Shown here in pieces: positions 9,728 to 18,832 of a stretch of 50,171 nucleotides of DNA. Position numbers and translations under genes: made by a program. Location: NCBI GenBank assembly GCA_035607335.1, contig DATNBB010000280.1, positions 1-50,171 on the forward strand, read 5' to 3'. The stretch comes from Candidatus Binatia bacterium (GTDB lineage: Bacteria > Acidobacteriota > Terriglobia > Acidiferrales > UBA7541). A model generated the notes under the pieces. That model had not been told where the DNA came from. It saw only the letters and a program-made list of their open reading frames with translations, and searched no databases. Each line of letters starts with the position of its first letter. Within the stretch, counting starts at the first letter, position 1.

Positions 9728-10210
9728 ATGATCCTGATACTGATGGGCCCGACGGGGGCTGGCAAAACTACCGTCGGGGAAATCCTTTCTCGTCAACTCG
9801 GCTGGGAGTTCGCGGATGCTGACAATTTTCATTCGCCCGAGAACGTGGCGAAAATGAGCAGGGGAGTCGGCCTCACGGATGAAGATCGCAAACCGTGGCT
9901 CGCTGCGCTCCGCCGCAAAATCGAGCAATGGATCGATGCCGGGCAAAACGGCATTCTTGCCTGTTCCGCGTTAAAAGAAGCGTATCGCAAAGCGCTGAGC
10001 GCAGGTCAGCAAGTGAAGTGGGTTTATCTGAAGGGCAGCTTCGAGGAAATCTCGCAACGAGTGGCGGCGAGGCAAGGCCACTATGCGAAGAAAGAGCTTG
10101 TGGTAAGCCAGTTCGCAGCACTGGAAGAACCAACCGAGGCCATCACAATCGACGTGAATCGTTCGCCCGAGGAGATTGCGCGTGAGATTCGCACTATCAT
10201 CAGCGTATAA
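9728..10210 (+). CDS. gntK: Gluconokinase
   Basis: P-loop GPTGAGKTT, then D.D.FH...N..KM..G..L.D.DR.PWL and CSALK. Co-linear with E. coli GntK. Start at ATG 9728 (MILILMG). Confidence 0.88.
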   Translation: MILILMGPTGAGKTTVGEILSRQLGWEFADADNFHSPENVAKMSRGVGLTDEDRKPWLAALRRKIEQWIDAGQNGILACSALKEAYRKALSAGQQVKWVYLKGSFEEISQRVAARQGHYAKKELVVSQFAALEEPTEAITIDVNRSPEEIAREIRTIISV

Positions 10211-10264
10211 CAGGGCCTAGCGAACGCCGGAATCCGCCCAGGCGTCTCACCGTTTGGAGGCGAC

Positions 10265-11047
10265 ATGAATAGCGCGCGGCTATCGGCCGTCACACTCTCG
10301 ATCATCCGGAATACGCTGGCAGCTTTCGCATTCGCGGTGTTGCTGAATCCTGGCACCGCGTCGGCTCAAGAACCGACGAGCACTCTGCCGAAAAATTATT
10401 GGGAGGTTTTCGACAATTCAGCCCTGGCAGTGATCCACGTCCATTACGATCCTCACGAGAAGATCCCCGTTCACGATCACTCGAAATTTCCAACTGTTTA
10501 TGTCTACCTCAGCGATTCCGGCCCGGTGCTCTTTTCGCATATCGAAGCGCATCCGTTTTCGTACACACGCCGGCCTGTGAAGCTCGGCGCATATCGCGTC
10601 AGCCCCGGCCGTATCGAGAAGCATTATGTAGAGAACAAGGGTGATATACCGACTGATTTCCTGCGCGTGGAACTCAAGCAGCTTCCGATAAAGCACTTCA
10701 CGGACGAATTCCGAGGGCAACCGCCATCAAGTCTTGCAAACAACCTCGACGTAACGGAATTCAGTAACTCAGACGTTGCGGTTGAACGAATCGTTTGTGT
10801 CGCCGGTTCTTCGTGCGCGATCAAGGCTGCATCTTCACCGTCCCTTGTCATTGCTTTCACCACGGTTCAGATCATGGATAGCCGGAATCTTCCGCATGCC
10901 ACGCGCTTAGAAGCCGGTGCTGTGAAGTGGGTGGAAGCCGGTAATTCGCTTTCCCTGCGCGCGGATTCCTCGCAAGCGGCGCATGTTCTAAGAACCCTGC
11001 TGCCGTCGAGCATCGATCTTAAAAAAGCCGTAAATTCGTCGCCTTAA
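10265..11047 (+). CDS. Secreted cupin-domain protein (hypothetical)
   Basis: Signal peptide ending ASAQ. Cupin-like motifs HEKIPVHDH and PGRIEKHYVEN. No specific function recognised. Confidence 0.55.
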   Translation: MNSARLSAVTLSIIRNTLAAFAFAVLLNPGTASAQEPTSTLPKNYWEVFDNSALAVIHVHYDPHEKIPVHDHSKFPTVYVYLSDSGPVLFSHIEAHPFSYTRRPVKLGAYRVSPGRIEKHYVENKGDIPTDFLRVELKQLPIKHFTDEFRGQPPSSLANNLDVTEFSNSDVAVERIVCVAGSSCAIKAASSPSLVIAFTTVQIMDSRNLPHATRLEAGAVKWVEAGNSLSLRADSSQAAHVLRTLLPSSIDLKKAVNSSP

Positions 11048-11227
11048 GCCTTAATAGGGCCTCATTTCCGTTGCGTGGGAAATTACAGGCCATTTCGTCG
11101 GCACTTGCGGATTTGACAGTATTCCGCGACTTTCCGCCTGATGGGAGTCTGTTCGCGGCGGTTAAAAATTCCCAACGATATTGCCTGCAAGCCCACAGGT
11201 CTGCCGATACTCGAAGGGGGTCTATTG

Positions 11228-11839
11228 ATGCTTCGAAGCACACGGGTGCGTAGAATTTTCAAGTCGGCTTTGATAACGGCCGCTGTCGTTATCACAACTT
11301 CCTTTTTGTTTCCCACTGGAGCGAACGCGCAAGGTCTTGCTTTCGACGCCGGGTGGTCGCATGTAACCGGTAATTTCGGGATGGACGGTTTTACTCTCGG
11401 GAGTTCCTGGTTCTTCACGCCAAAACTCGCTGTTGCTGCAAATTACGATGATGCGTGGAACACAGATCGGGTAGGTAATTTCGCCTTTACGTCTGTAGGC
11501 GCAATTGCGACTAAGAGCCATCTACAGGATTTTCTGGTCGGTCCGCGCTACTTTTTCTCATCCTACGATGTCGCTCACAACCACACGATTATTCCGTTCG
11601 TTGACGCGCGATTTGGCGTGACGCATTTGCATCAAGAGGTGCAGGAAGGCATCACGCCGGCCGCGATCAACCAGGACAGCGCATTTTCGTGGCTGATCGG
11701 CGGCGGTGTGGACTATCCATTGACGCCGCACTGGATGGCGCGCGGAGAACTCGGCCTGCTTCGCACACACCTTAACGCTCAACCGGAGAGCCATGCTCGG
11801 CTCGCAATAAGCATCGCGTATTTGTTTGGATCACGGTGA
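11228..11839 (+). CDS. Outer-membrane beta-barrel protein (OmpA-like/OMP_b-brl type)
   Basis: Start at ATG 11228 behind GAAGGGGG. Signal peptide ending ANAQ. Alternating hydrophobic beta-strand pattern with an aromatic-rich C-terminal strand. Confidence 0.62.
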   Translation: MLRSTRVRRIFKSALITAAVVITTSFLFPTGANAQGLAFDAGWSHVTGNFGMDGFTLGSSWFFTPKLAVAANYDDAWNTDRVGNFAFTSVGAIATKSHLQDFLVGPRYFFSSYDVAHNHTIIPFVDARFGVTHLHQEVQEGITPAAINQDSAFSWLIGGGVDYPLTPHWMARGELGLLRTHLNAQPESHARLAISIAYLFGSR

Positions 11840-11948
11840 GATACTTGAACGCCGTTAACAAGGATTTGGGCCATTAGTTGTATCAAACTTCGCCGCAAGG
11901 CCGATCGCACGGCATAGCTCGCGACCGGCCTGCGGTATACTTCGCCGG

Positions 11949-12629
11949 ATGAACACTGAATTTTGCCCGGCGAGCGATCAATCGCTGCTGGTGCGGTTCG
12001 ATCGGAAGATGTCGCCGGAAGCGCACCGTCAGGTACGCGCGCTCCTCCGGCTCTTGGTTTTGGAACCGATCGCCGGCGTGCGCAATTTGCACCCTGCATA
12101 TTGTTCTGTCCTCATCGATTTTGATGCATTGAAATTCGTTCATGCGGACATAGAGGCGCTTCTGCGGCATTATGTCTCGCGCCTCGATGACGTGCGTCTC
12201 CCCGAGCCACAAGAATTTGAAATTCCCACATGCTACGGTGGTGAGTACGGCCCCGATCTGAACGATGTAGCCAGCCTCCATGGGATTTCGCCGGATCAGG
12301 CCATCCGAGTGCATTCATCTGTCGCCTACACCGTCTATTTTCTAGGTTTTGTCCCTGGCTTCGCCTATCTTGGCGACCTGCCTGAAACGCTGAGGACACC
12401 TCGTCTAGCCTTGCCTCGGCGCACGACCCCGGCTGGAAGCATCGGCATCGCAGATAATCAGACGGGTATATATCCCTTTGCGACGCCGGGGGGATGGCGT
12501 GTTATTGGACGCACTCCTCTAGCGATGTTTCGCCCGGACCGCGCGAATATGAGTCTTCACAATGTGGGTGACCGCGTCCGCTTTGTTCCCATTTCTCCTG
12601 CGGAATTTTCGGCTTTGCGCGAAGTATGA
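11949..12629 (+). CDS. pxpB: 5-oxoprolinase subunit B (allophanate hydrolase subunit 1/KipI family)
   Basis: YTVYFLGFVPGFAYLG...GIYPFATPGGWRVIGRTP signature. 4-nt overlap with the next gene. Confidence 0.9.
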   Translation: MNTEFCPASDQSLLVRFDRKMSPEAHRQVRALLRLLVLEPIAGVRNLHPAYCSVLIDFDALKFVHADIEALLRHYVSRLDDVRLPEPQEFEIPTCYGGEYGPDLNDVASLHGISPDQAIRVHSSVAYTVYFLGFVPGFAYLGDLPETLRTPRLALPRRTTPAGSIGIADNQTGIYPFATPGGWRVIGRTPLAMFRPDRANMSLHNVGDRVRFVPISPAEFSALREV

Positions 12630-13567
12630 CTTCCATCTTTGTCGAAAGCCCTGGGTTGTTGACGACGGTGCAGGATTTGGGCCGACCCGGGTTTGGCCAC
12701 ATTGGTGTTTCACCCTCGGGAGCTGCCGATCCGGTTTCGCTGCGCCTGGGGAATCGCCTCGTTGGGAATGCGGAAAACGCGGCAGGGATCGAGATGACTC
12801 TTTTGGGCGGCACATTTGCCTTTCCGGAAGATGCTGTTGTTGCTGTGACGGGTTCCGATTTTGGGCCCACGCTTGATACTGCCGATCTTCGGAATGGCAA
12901 GACAATCGGAGTCCGGAGCGGTCAGGTGCTGCGGTGCGGGTCAACGCGCTCGAGCGCGCGCTGTTATCTCTGCGTACGCGGTGGAATTTCTGTGCCGCTG
13001 TTTCTCGGGAGTGCATCAACGCACTTACTGAGTGGCCTAGGCGGTTTCGAAGGCAGAGCGTTGCGCAAAGGCGATGTTCTACAAATTGGACAGGCGAGCG
13101 CAATGTTCGAGAAAAAGGCAATCGCGTCGCGCGTAACGAACGCTCTCCTGCCACGCAACGTGCTGCGCGTTACACCGGGCCCCCAAGCCGACTGGTTTCC
13201 CGAAACAGTGCAGCGGTTGTTTTATTCGAACAGCTATCGCATCGGAGAACAATCTAATCGTATGGGGTTGCGTCTGGAAGGTCCGCCTTTGCTGCTGCCG
13301 GAAGAGCAGCCAATGATTACAGAGGGCATTTCGCTTGGCGCGATTCAGGTTCCGTCCGGTGGCTTGCCGATCATTCTTTTTGTGGATCAGCAAACTACAG
13401 GTGGATATCCAAAAATCGCGAATGTGATTTCGGCGGATCTTCACCGCGTCGGACAGCTCCGGCCGCGCGATGAAGTTCGTTTTGAGCAGGTCACGTTCGA
13501 AAAGGCGCGCGCCCTGCTGATCAAACAGGAAGACTTGCTTGCTTCGCCGGAGGCGATCATTGGATGA
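12626..13567 (+). CDS. pxpC: 5-oxoprolinase subunit C (allophanate hydrolase subunit 2/KipA family)
   Basis: TTVQDLGRPG..GVSPSGAAD N-terminus and QTTGGYPKIA motif. Overlaps both neighbours by 4 nt, which supports an operon. Confidence 0.9.
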   Translation: MTSIFVESPGLLTTVQDLGRPGFGHIGVSPSGAADPVSLRLGNRLVGNAENAAGIEMTLLGGTFAFPEDAVVAVTGSDFGPTLDTADLRNGKTIGVRSGQVLRCGSTRSSARCYLCVRGGISVPLFLGSASTHLLSGLGGFEGRALRKGDVLQIGQASAMFEKKAIASRVTNALLPRNVLRVTPGPQADWFPETVQRLFYSNSYRIGEQSNRMGLRLEGPPLLLPEEQPMITEGISLGAIQVPSGGLPIILFVDQQTTGGYPKIANVISADLHRVGQLRPRDEVRFEQVTFEKARALLIKQEDLLASPEAIIG

Positions 13568-14325
13568 AGCGGATCGATTTGAATTGTGACATGGGAGAAC
13601 TGCCTGAGGCCATTTCCGATGGCACGCAGGAATCGATCATGCCGCATCTCACGTCCGTGAATATTGCGTGCGGAGGGCATGCTGGCGATCCCTTGATGAT
13701 GCAACGGACGATCAAACAGGCACTGCGGTGGCACGTCGCTATTGGCGCGCACCCCGGCTATGCCGATCGCGCAAACTTCGGACGCGTCGAGTTGGCTATT
13801 CCGCTGGGAGCCGTTGCAGACTTCGTATTCGAGCAGGTGCGCACGCTGGGAGAAATTGCCGCGGAATCTCGGGCGACGATCACGCACGTGAAGCCTCATG
13901 GCGCGCTTTACAACCAGGCCGCCCACAATCGTGACATCGCGCGAGCTATTGCGGACGGTGTGGCGCGCTGGCGAAAAGACGTTGTTCTCGTCGGCCTGGC
14001 AGGCTCGCAGATGCTTGGGGTGTTTCGCGACGCAGGCTTTCGCGTTGCCGCCGAAGCTTTCGCAGACCGGCGATACGAGTCGGATGGGAAGCTGCGATCC
14101 CGGAAATTTGACGACGCGTTGATTAGCGACCCCAAAGAAGTCGCTCAGCAGGCGCTGCGCATTGTCGACGACGGTAAGATCTTAGCCGTTGACGGCAAGG
14201 AAGTGGCGCTCAGCGCGGAGACAATCTGCATTCACGGAGACACACCCGGCGCGCCAAACATTGCAGCAGAGGTCGCTCGCACTTTGCGAACGGCGGGAAT
14301 CGAACTCAGGCCGCTCTGCGAATGA
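13564..14325 (+). CDS. pxpA: 5-oxoprolinase subunit A (LamB/YcsF family)
   Basis: IDLNCDMGE N-terminus, NIACGGHAGD and VKPHGALYN motifs. Confidence 0.9.
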   Translation: MKRIDLNCDMGELPEAISDGTQESIMPHLTSVNIACGGHAGDPLMMQRTIKQALRWHVAIGAHPGYADRANFGRVELAIPLGAVADFVFEQVRTLGEIAAESRATITHVKPHGALYNQAAHNRDIARAIADGVARWRKDVVLVGLAGSQMLGVFRDAGFRVAAEAFADRRYESDGKLRSRKFDDALISDPKEVAQQALRIVDDGKILAVDGKEVALSAETICIHGDTPGAPNIAAEVARTLRTAGIELRPLCE

Positions 14326-14506
14326 CGAGATACAATTGCCCTCACTATCGCCCGACAACCATCTTGTTCTTGCGCCATGCGGCGAAGCATGGCTGTCTCT
14401 CTGACGGCGCTATCACGGCCTTGTTCGCGATCATGTATGATGGCGTGCTCACGTCGAATCCGCTATAGCAGCGGTCTTACTCAAAGGTGCCGCTCAAAGA
14501 GGAATC

Positions 14507-15322
14507 GTGAAAGCTTACCGAACTCAATCAGGAATCGTCATCGAAACCGGCGGCTCTTTTCTACGCTCGGCGGATACAAATTGGGACGATCTCGTGAACG
14601 CGGACGACTTCTCGCGTTTTACGTCAAATCTCGCGCCGAGTGCCGTGCCAGCACCGAACGAACTCCTTGCCCCGATTGGCAATCAGGAGGTTTGGGCCGC
14701 GGGCGTCACCTATTTTCGCAGCCGCGATGCGCGGATGGAAGAATCGAAAGACTCCGGCGGTGGAGATTTTTATGCGAAGGTCTATGGCGCGGAACGGCCG
14801 GAACTGTTCTTCAAAGCGCCGCCATATCGCGTTGTAGGTCCCGCTGCACCGGTACGCGTCCGCGGCGATTCAAAATGGAATGTGCCTGAACCCGAGCTTA
14901 CCTTGGTAATAAATAAGCGTGGCTCAATCGTCGGCTATACCGTCGGCAACGACATGAGTTCGCGCGACATCGAGGGCGAAAATCCGCTCTATTTGCCCCA
15001 AGCGAAAGTCTACGACGGAAGCTGCGCAATTGGCCCGTGCGTCTATTTCAGCCAGGAACCTCTCGGGCAGGATACAGAGATTAGAATTTCGATTTACCGC
15101 GAGGGCATTGCAATCTTCCAGGACTCAACGCAGATCCGCAAGATCAAACGATCGTTTCCAGAACTGGTGCACTACTTGTATCGCGAGACCAGCTTCCCTT
15201 ACGGATGTCTGCTCATGACAGGCACCGGAGTCGTTCCGCCAAACGATCTCACGCTCCATCACGGCGATGAAATTGAAATCTCGATCGAGCCGATAGGTAC
15301 TCTTAGAAACGTTGTGGAGTAA
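14507..15322 (+). CDS. Fumarylacetoacetate hydrolase (FAH) family protein
   Basis: 271 aa. PELFFKAP...EPELTLVI...[13 protein letters not shown]...AKVYDGS pattern of FAH-fold hydratases/dehydratases. GTG start behind AGAGGAA. Confidence 0.82.
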   Translation: MKAYRTQSGIVIETGGSFLRSADTNWDDLVNADDFSRFTSNLAPSAVPAPNELLAPIGNQEVWAAGVTYFRSRDARMEESKDSGGGDFYAKVYGAERPELFFKAPPYRVVGPAAPVRVRGDSKWNVPEPELTLVINKRGSIVGYTVGNDMSSRDIEGENPLYLPQAKVYDGSCAIGPCVYFSQEPLGQDTEIRISIYREGIAIFQDSTQIRKIKRSFPELVHYLYRETSFPYGCLLMTGTGVVPPNDLTLHHGDEIEISIEPIGTLRNVVE

Positions 15323-15352
15323 GCGGCCTGAAAATCCATGCAAGGGCTTTGT

Positions 15353-15427
15353 TGGAGGCGCGGGTGGGAATCGAACCCACGCATGAAGGTTTTGCAGACC
15401 TCTCCCTTACCGCTTGGGTACCGCGCC
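15353..15427 (-). tRNA. tRNA-Cys (GCA)
   Basis: Hand-folded cloverleaf. Acceptor GGCGCGG/CCGCGCC, anticodon arm GAGGT-CTGCAAA-ACCTT, T arm GTGGG-TTCGATT-CCCAC, encoded CCA; 75 nt. Confidence 0.93.
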
Positions 15428-15508
15428 TCGGAAAACAGTATAGCGAAAGTGCGTTGGCGTTTCGATTTTGTCGGCGAGTTCTTGTGTGCGCTATAAGGGC
15501 ACAGACTA

Positions 15509-17635
15509 TTATTTCGCGATTCCCACCTGCCACAAAACAAACGCGAAGTTGAATGCAGTCTCGTGCAGCGCGTCGTACCGGCCTGACGCGCCACCATGGC
15601 CGGCGCCGAAATTCACCTTAAGTAGAAGCGGATTCTGGTCCGTTTTCATATCTCGCAACTTGGCCACGAACTTTGCAGCGTCCCAGTAAGGTACCTGGCT
15701 ATCGTTCAAAGATGTTTTCACCAGCATCGCCGGATACACCTGCCGCTTCACGTTGTCGTACGGTGAATAGCGAGCCATGTAGTCGTATGCCGTTTTGTCG
15801 TTAGGATTTCCCCACTCAATATATTCGCTCGTCGTTAGTGGAAGAGAGGCGTCCAGCATGTCGTTGAGTACATCCATAAACGGCACCTGCGCGATCGCGG
15901 CCTTAAAAAGGTCGGGCTGCATATTGACCACGGCACCCGCGAGCATGCCGCCTGCACTGCCGCCCTGAATTACGAGCCGCTCTTTTGACGTGTACTTCTC
16001 TTTTTGCAGATATTCGGCGCATGCAATGAAGTCCGTGAACGTGTTCATCTTCTTCATCATCCGTCCGGCATCGCGCCACGGCTCTCCCAGTTCGCCGCCA
16101 CCTCGCACATGGGCAATCGCATACACCATGCCGCGATCCAGCAAAGTCAGACGGCTGGGCGAAAAGGTCGGCGGAATAGAAATGCCGTACGAACCGTAGG
16201 CATAGAGCAGCAGCGGAGCCGCTCCATTTCGCGTCACGCCTTTGCGGTATACCAGCGAGATCGGAATCTTCGTGTCGTCACTAGCCGTGGCGAAAACGCG
16301 CTCAGACACGTAATTCGCGCGATCAAATCCGCCCGGGACTTCCGTCTGCTTAATCAAAGTCGCTTCCTGGGTGTTCATATCGTGGTCGATTACGGAACTG
16401 GGCGTGACTAGCGACTGGTAGTTGTAACGCACAACGTTACAATCGAAAACGTAATTGTCTGCCACACTCACCGCATAAACGGGCTCCGGAAACCCAATGC
16501 GATGCCGCTGTCGTGTTTCGAGGTCGATAATTTCAATCTGTTGCAGGCCGTATTCCCATTCCGCAAGCACCAGATGCCTCGCAAAGAGGTCGACGCTAGC
16601 GATCTTCACTTCCGGCCGGTGAGCGATCAACTCCTTCCAATTGTTCTCGCGCGGATCGTCATCTGGCGCAGTAACCACGCGGAAGTTCGTCGCGTCTTTG
16701 TTCGTTCGGATGTAAAAAAGATTCCCTGCGTGTTCCACGTCATATTCGTGATCAGGCTCGCGACTCTGTATAACGGTAAGCGAAGGAAGCGCCTCGTCCG
16801 CGGGCAGGTAATGCACCTCCGTAGAAGTCTTGCTCGCCGCCTCCAGCAGAATAAATTTCCTGTCGCGCGTGCGGCTCACTGCGATATCAAAAAGTTCGTC
16901 CGCCTCTTCGAAGACAAGGTCGCTCCGATCGCTCCCAAGCTCGTGCCGAAAAAATCTGCTCTTTCGCTTTGTCACGGCGTCTTCCGTGACGTAAAACATC
17001 GTTTTGTTGTCCGCCGCCCACACGATTCCGTCGACTCTTTCCGCGTAATCTGGAAGCAGTTCTCCGGTCCGCAAGTCTTTCACGTGAAGTGTGTACTGCC
17101 GGTAGCCGACATTGTCAGTGGTGTACGCGAGCAAGTTGCCATCATCGCTTGGCTGAAAACTGCCGATGGACATGAAGCTGTGCCCCACCGCGAGTTCGTT
17201 CACGTCGAGAATAACTTCTTCCGGCGCGGTCAACGTGCTTTTGCGGCGACAAATAATCGGATACTGCTTCCCTTGCTCACTACGCGAGTAATAGTAGTGG
17301 TCGCCATGACGATAGGGAGCGGACTGATCCGTCTCCTTAATATGACCGACCATTTCTTTGAAAAGAGCGTTCTGCAGATCGTCCAAAGGCTTCATGGCAG
17401 CGTCCGTGTAAGCTTCTTCGGCTTTGAGGTACTGCATGACTTTGGGATTTTGCTTTTCGCGGAGCCAGAAGTAATCGTCGACGCGCGTGTCGCCGTGGAT
17501 GCTGATTGTTTTGGGCCGTTTGTCGGCAACCGGGGCTGGTCCTATGCCGGGCGGCAATTCACCGTCGAGTTGGCTGCCGCTTCCAGCGGCCGCACAGGCA
17601 CACCCGAAAATGCTTAACAGTACCATCGCATCCAT
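15509..17635 (-). CDS. ptrB: Oligopeptidase B / prolyl oligopeptidase family (S9A) serine protease
   Basis: 708 aa. D.Y.WLR N-terminal motif, beta-propeller region, and a C-terminal GGSAGGML nucleophile elbow with GAGHGG. N-terminal signal sequence. Confidence 0.9.
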   Translation of the reverse strand: MDAMVLLSIFGCACAAAGSGSQLDGELPPGIGPAPVADKRPKTISIHGDTRVDDYFWLREKQNPKVMQYLKAEEAYTDAAMKPLDDLQNALFKEMVGHIKETDQSAPYRHGDHYYYSRSEQGKQYPIICRRKSTLTAPEEVILDVNELAVGHSFMSIGSFQPSDDGNLLAYTTDNVGYRQYTLHVKDLRTGELLPDYAERVDGIVWAADNKTMFYVTEDAVTKRKSRFFRHELGSDRSDLVFEEADELFDIAVSRTRDRKFILLEAASKTSTEVHYLPADEALPSLTVIQSREPDHEYDVEHAGNLFYIRTNKDATNFRVVTAPDDDPRENNWKELIAHRPEVKIASVDLFARHLVLAEWEYGLQQIEIIDLETRQRHRIGFPEPVYAVSVADNYVFDCNVVRYNYQSLVTPSSVIDHDMNTQEATLIKQTEVPGGFDRANYVSERVFATASDDTKIPISLVYRKGVTRNGAAPLLLYAYGSYGISIPPTFSPSRLTLLDRGMVYAIAHVRGGGELGEPWRDAGRMMKKMNTFTDFIACAEYLQKEKYTSKERLVIQGGSAGGMLAGAVVNMQPDLFKAAIAQVPFMDVLNDMLDASLPLTTSEYIEWGNPNDKTAYDYMARYSPYDNVKRQVYPAMLVKTSLNDSQVPYWDAAKFVAKLRDMKTDQNPLLLKVNFGAGHGGASGRYDALHETAFNFAFVLWQVGIAK

Positions 17636-17708
17636 GGCGTTTCTCTTTCGGCGTTGTCGCCCTACGGCGGCAAAGCGGTCTTTTCTGGGTGAGTTCCAAA
17701 CAGTTGAG

Positions 17709-18566
17709 TTAAGCGGGCGTTTGCGGCACTAGATCCCCGTGAAATTCCACCTTGTGCGTGTTCGTCAGCAGGATGCGCGATTCCTCAAACCCGAGTTTGA
17801 TGCGGCGGCGAAGCTCGCGCGCGACATCATCTTTGCGGTTCAGAATCGTGCGCACTTGCAGCCGCAGCACGGTACCTTCGAGCGACAGCGATTCGATTCC
17901 GAGCACACGAGGGCCGTCCACGAGTGCGGCTGACCAATCCGGGTCGATGCGGAAGTCTCCCGCAATCTTTTCCAGAGTCGCTATTGCCCGGCCCGCCTGC
18001 TCGTCCGACGGAATCGTCACATCAACAAAAGCCTGTGACCAATCGCGGCTCAGATTCGAAACCTGCCCTACAAGCGAATTGGGGACCGTGACCATCGCCC
18101 CACTCGCATTCCGCAGCACGGTGCGCCTGAGTGTCACGTGCTCCACACGTCCCGTCTCGCCGTTCAGCTGGATCACGTCACCGACCACGTACTGATCTTC
18201 GATAACGATGAAAAATCCATTGATTACATCTTTCACGAGGTTCTGCGCGCCAAAACCGAGCGCGAGGCTGGCAACTGCCGCAGTCGCTTCGATTGGCGTC
18301 ACTGTGAAGCCGAACTCCGGCAGTGCCATCAGCACGGCTCCTGCAACGATAAGCGCAACGCCTGCGCTGTATGCGATTCCTGCAACCGTGCGCGTCTGCT
18401 GTTCGCGCATCTGCCCAACGCGCGTCTGACCTTTCGAAATCTCCACCAATCGCGACGTGATCGCCTTCCAGACCCGCGCCAGAATCAGCGCGAGTAGGAC
18501 GATCGTCAGCAATCTGAGGCCATTCGTTTCGGCCAGGTCGATCCAGTGTTTGAGTGCAGGATTCAT
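17709..18566 (-). CDS. Mechanosensitive ion channel family protein (MscS-like)
   Basis: Three N-terminal TM helices, then NLVKDVINGFFIVIEDQYVVGDVI and the beta-domain pattern of MscS. Start set at ATG 18566 (MNPALKHW). Confidence 0.85.
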   Translation of the reverse strand: MNPALKHWIDLAETNGLRLLTIVLLALILARVWKAITSRLVEISKGQTRVGQMREQQTRTVAGIAYSAGVALIVAGAVLMALPEFGFTVTPIEATAAVASLALGFGAQNLVKDVINGFFIVIEDQYVVGDVIQLNGETGRVEHVTLRRTVLRNASGAMVTVPNSLVGQVSNLSRDWSQAFVDVTIPSDEQAGRAIATLEKIAGDFRIDPDWSAALVDGPRVLGIESLSLEGTVLRLQVRTILNRKDDVARELRRRIKLGFEESRILLTNTHKVEFHGDLVPQTPA

Positions 18567-18832
18567 TGAACTTTTTATGGTAGAGCGACGAATTATACCA
18601 TCGCGCCGATGGCCAGCCTGCACGGAACGCGCACGACTGTGCTATCGCAGCATCTCACGTCGAGCAGCAATATGCGCCGCCCACATGGGCACTGATTGCC
18701 TTGACACGTTCGGCATCCGGTGTAAGAGTTTGTGCGGGAAATTGCAATTCGAAACTATTTTATCGCTCGAAACCGCGCGGGCACGTCGCCGAAGTTACAC
18801 GCAATCTGCGTCGTCACGCCCCGGAGGCACCA

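Noticed and set aside
15079-15092. GATTAGAATTTCGA inside the FAH-family CDS, resembling the right arm of copy A
   Set aside because: It lies in frame in a well-supported coding region (..EIRISIY..), has no left arm or other modules, and is preceded by A rather than C. I treat it as a chance match.
16502-17617. 371-aa ORF on the plus strand, antisense to ptrB
   Set aside because: It lies entirely inside a well-supported S9 peptidase gene on the opposite strand. Its translation is Arg/Val/Phe-rich with no motifs and no SD. This is a typical shadow ORF of GC-rich coding sequence.
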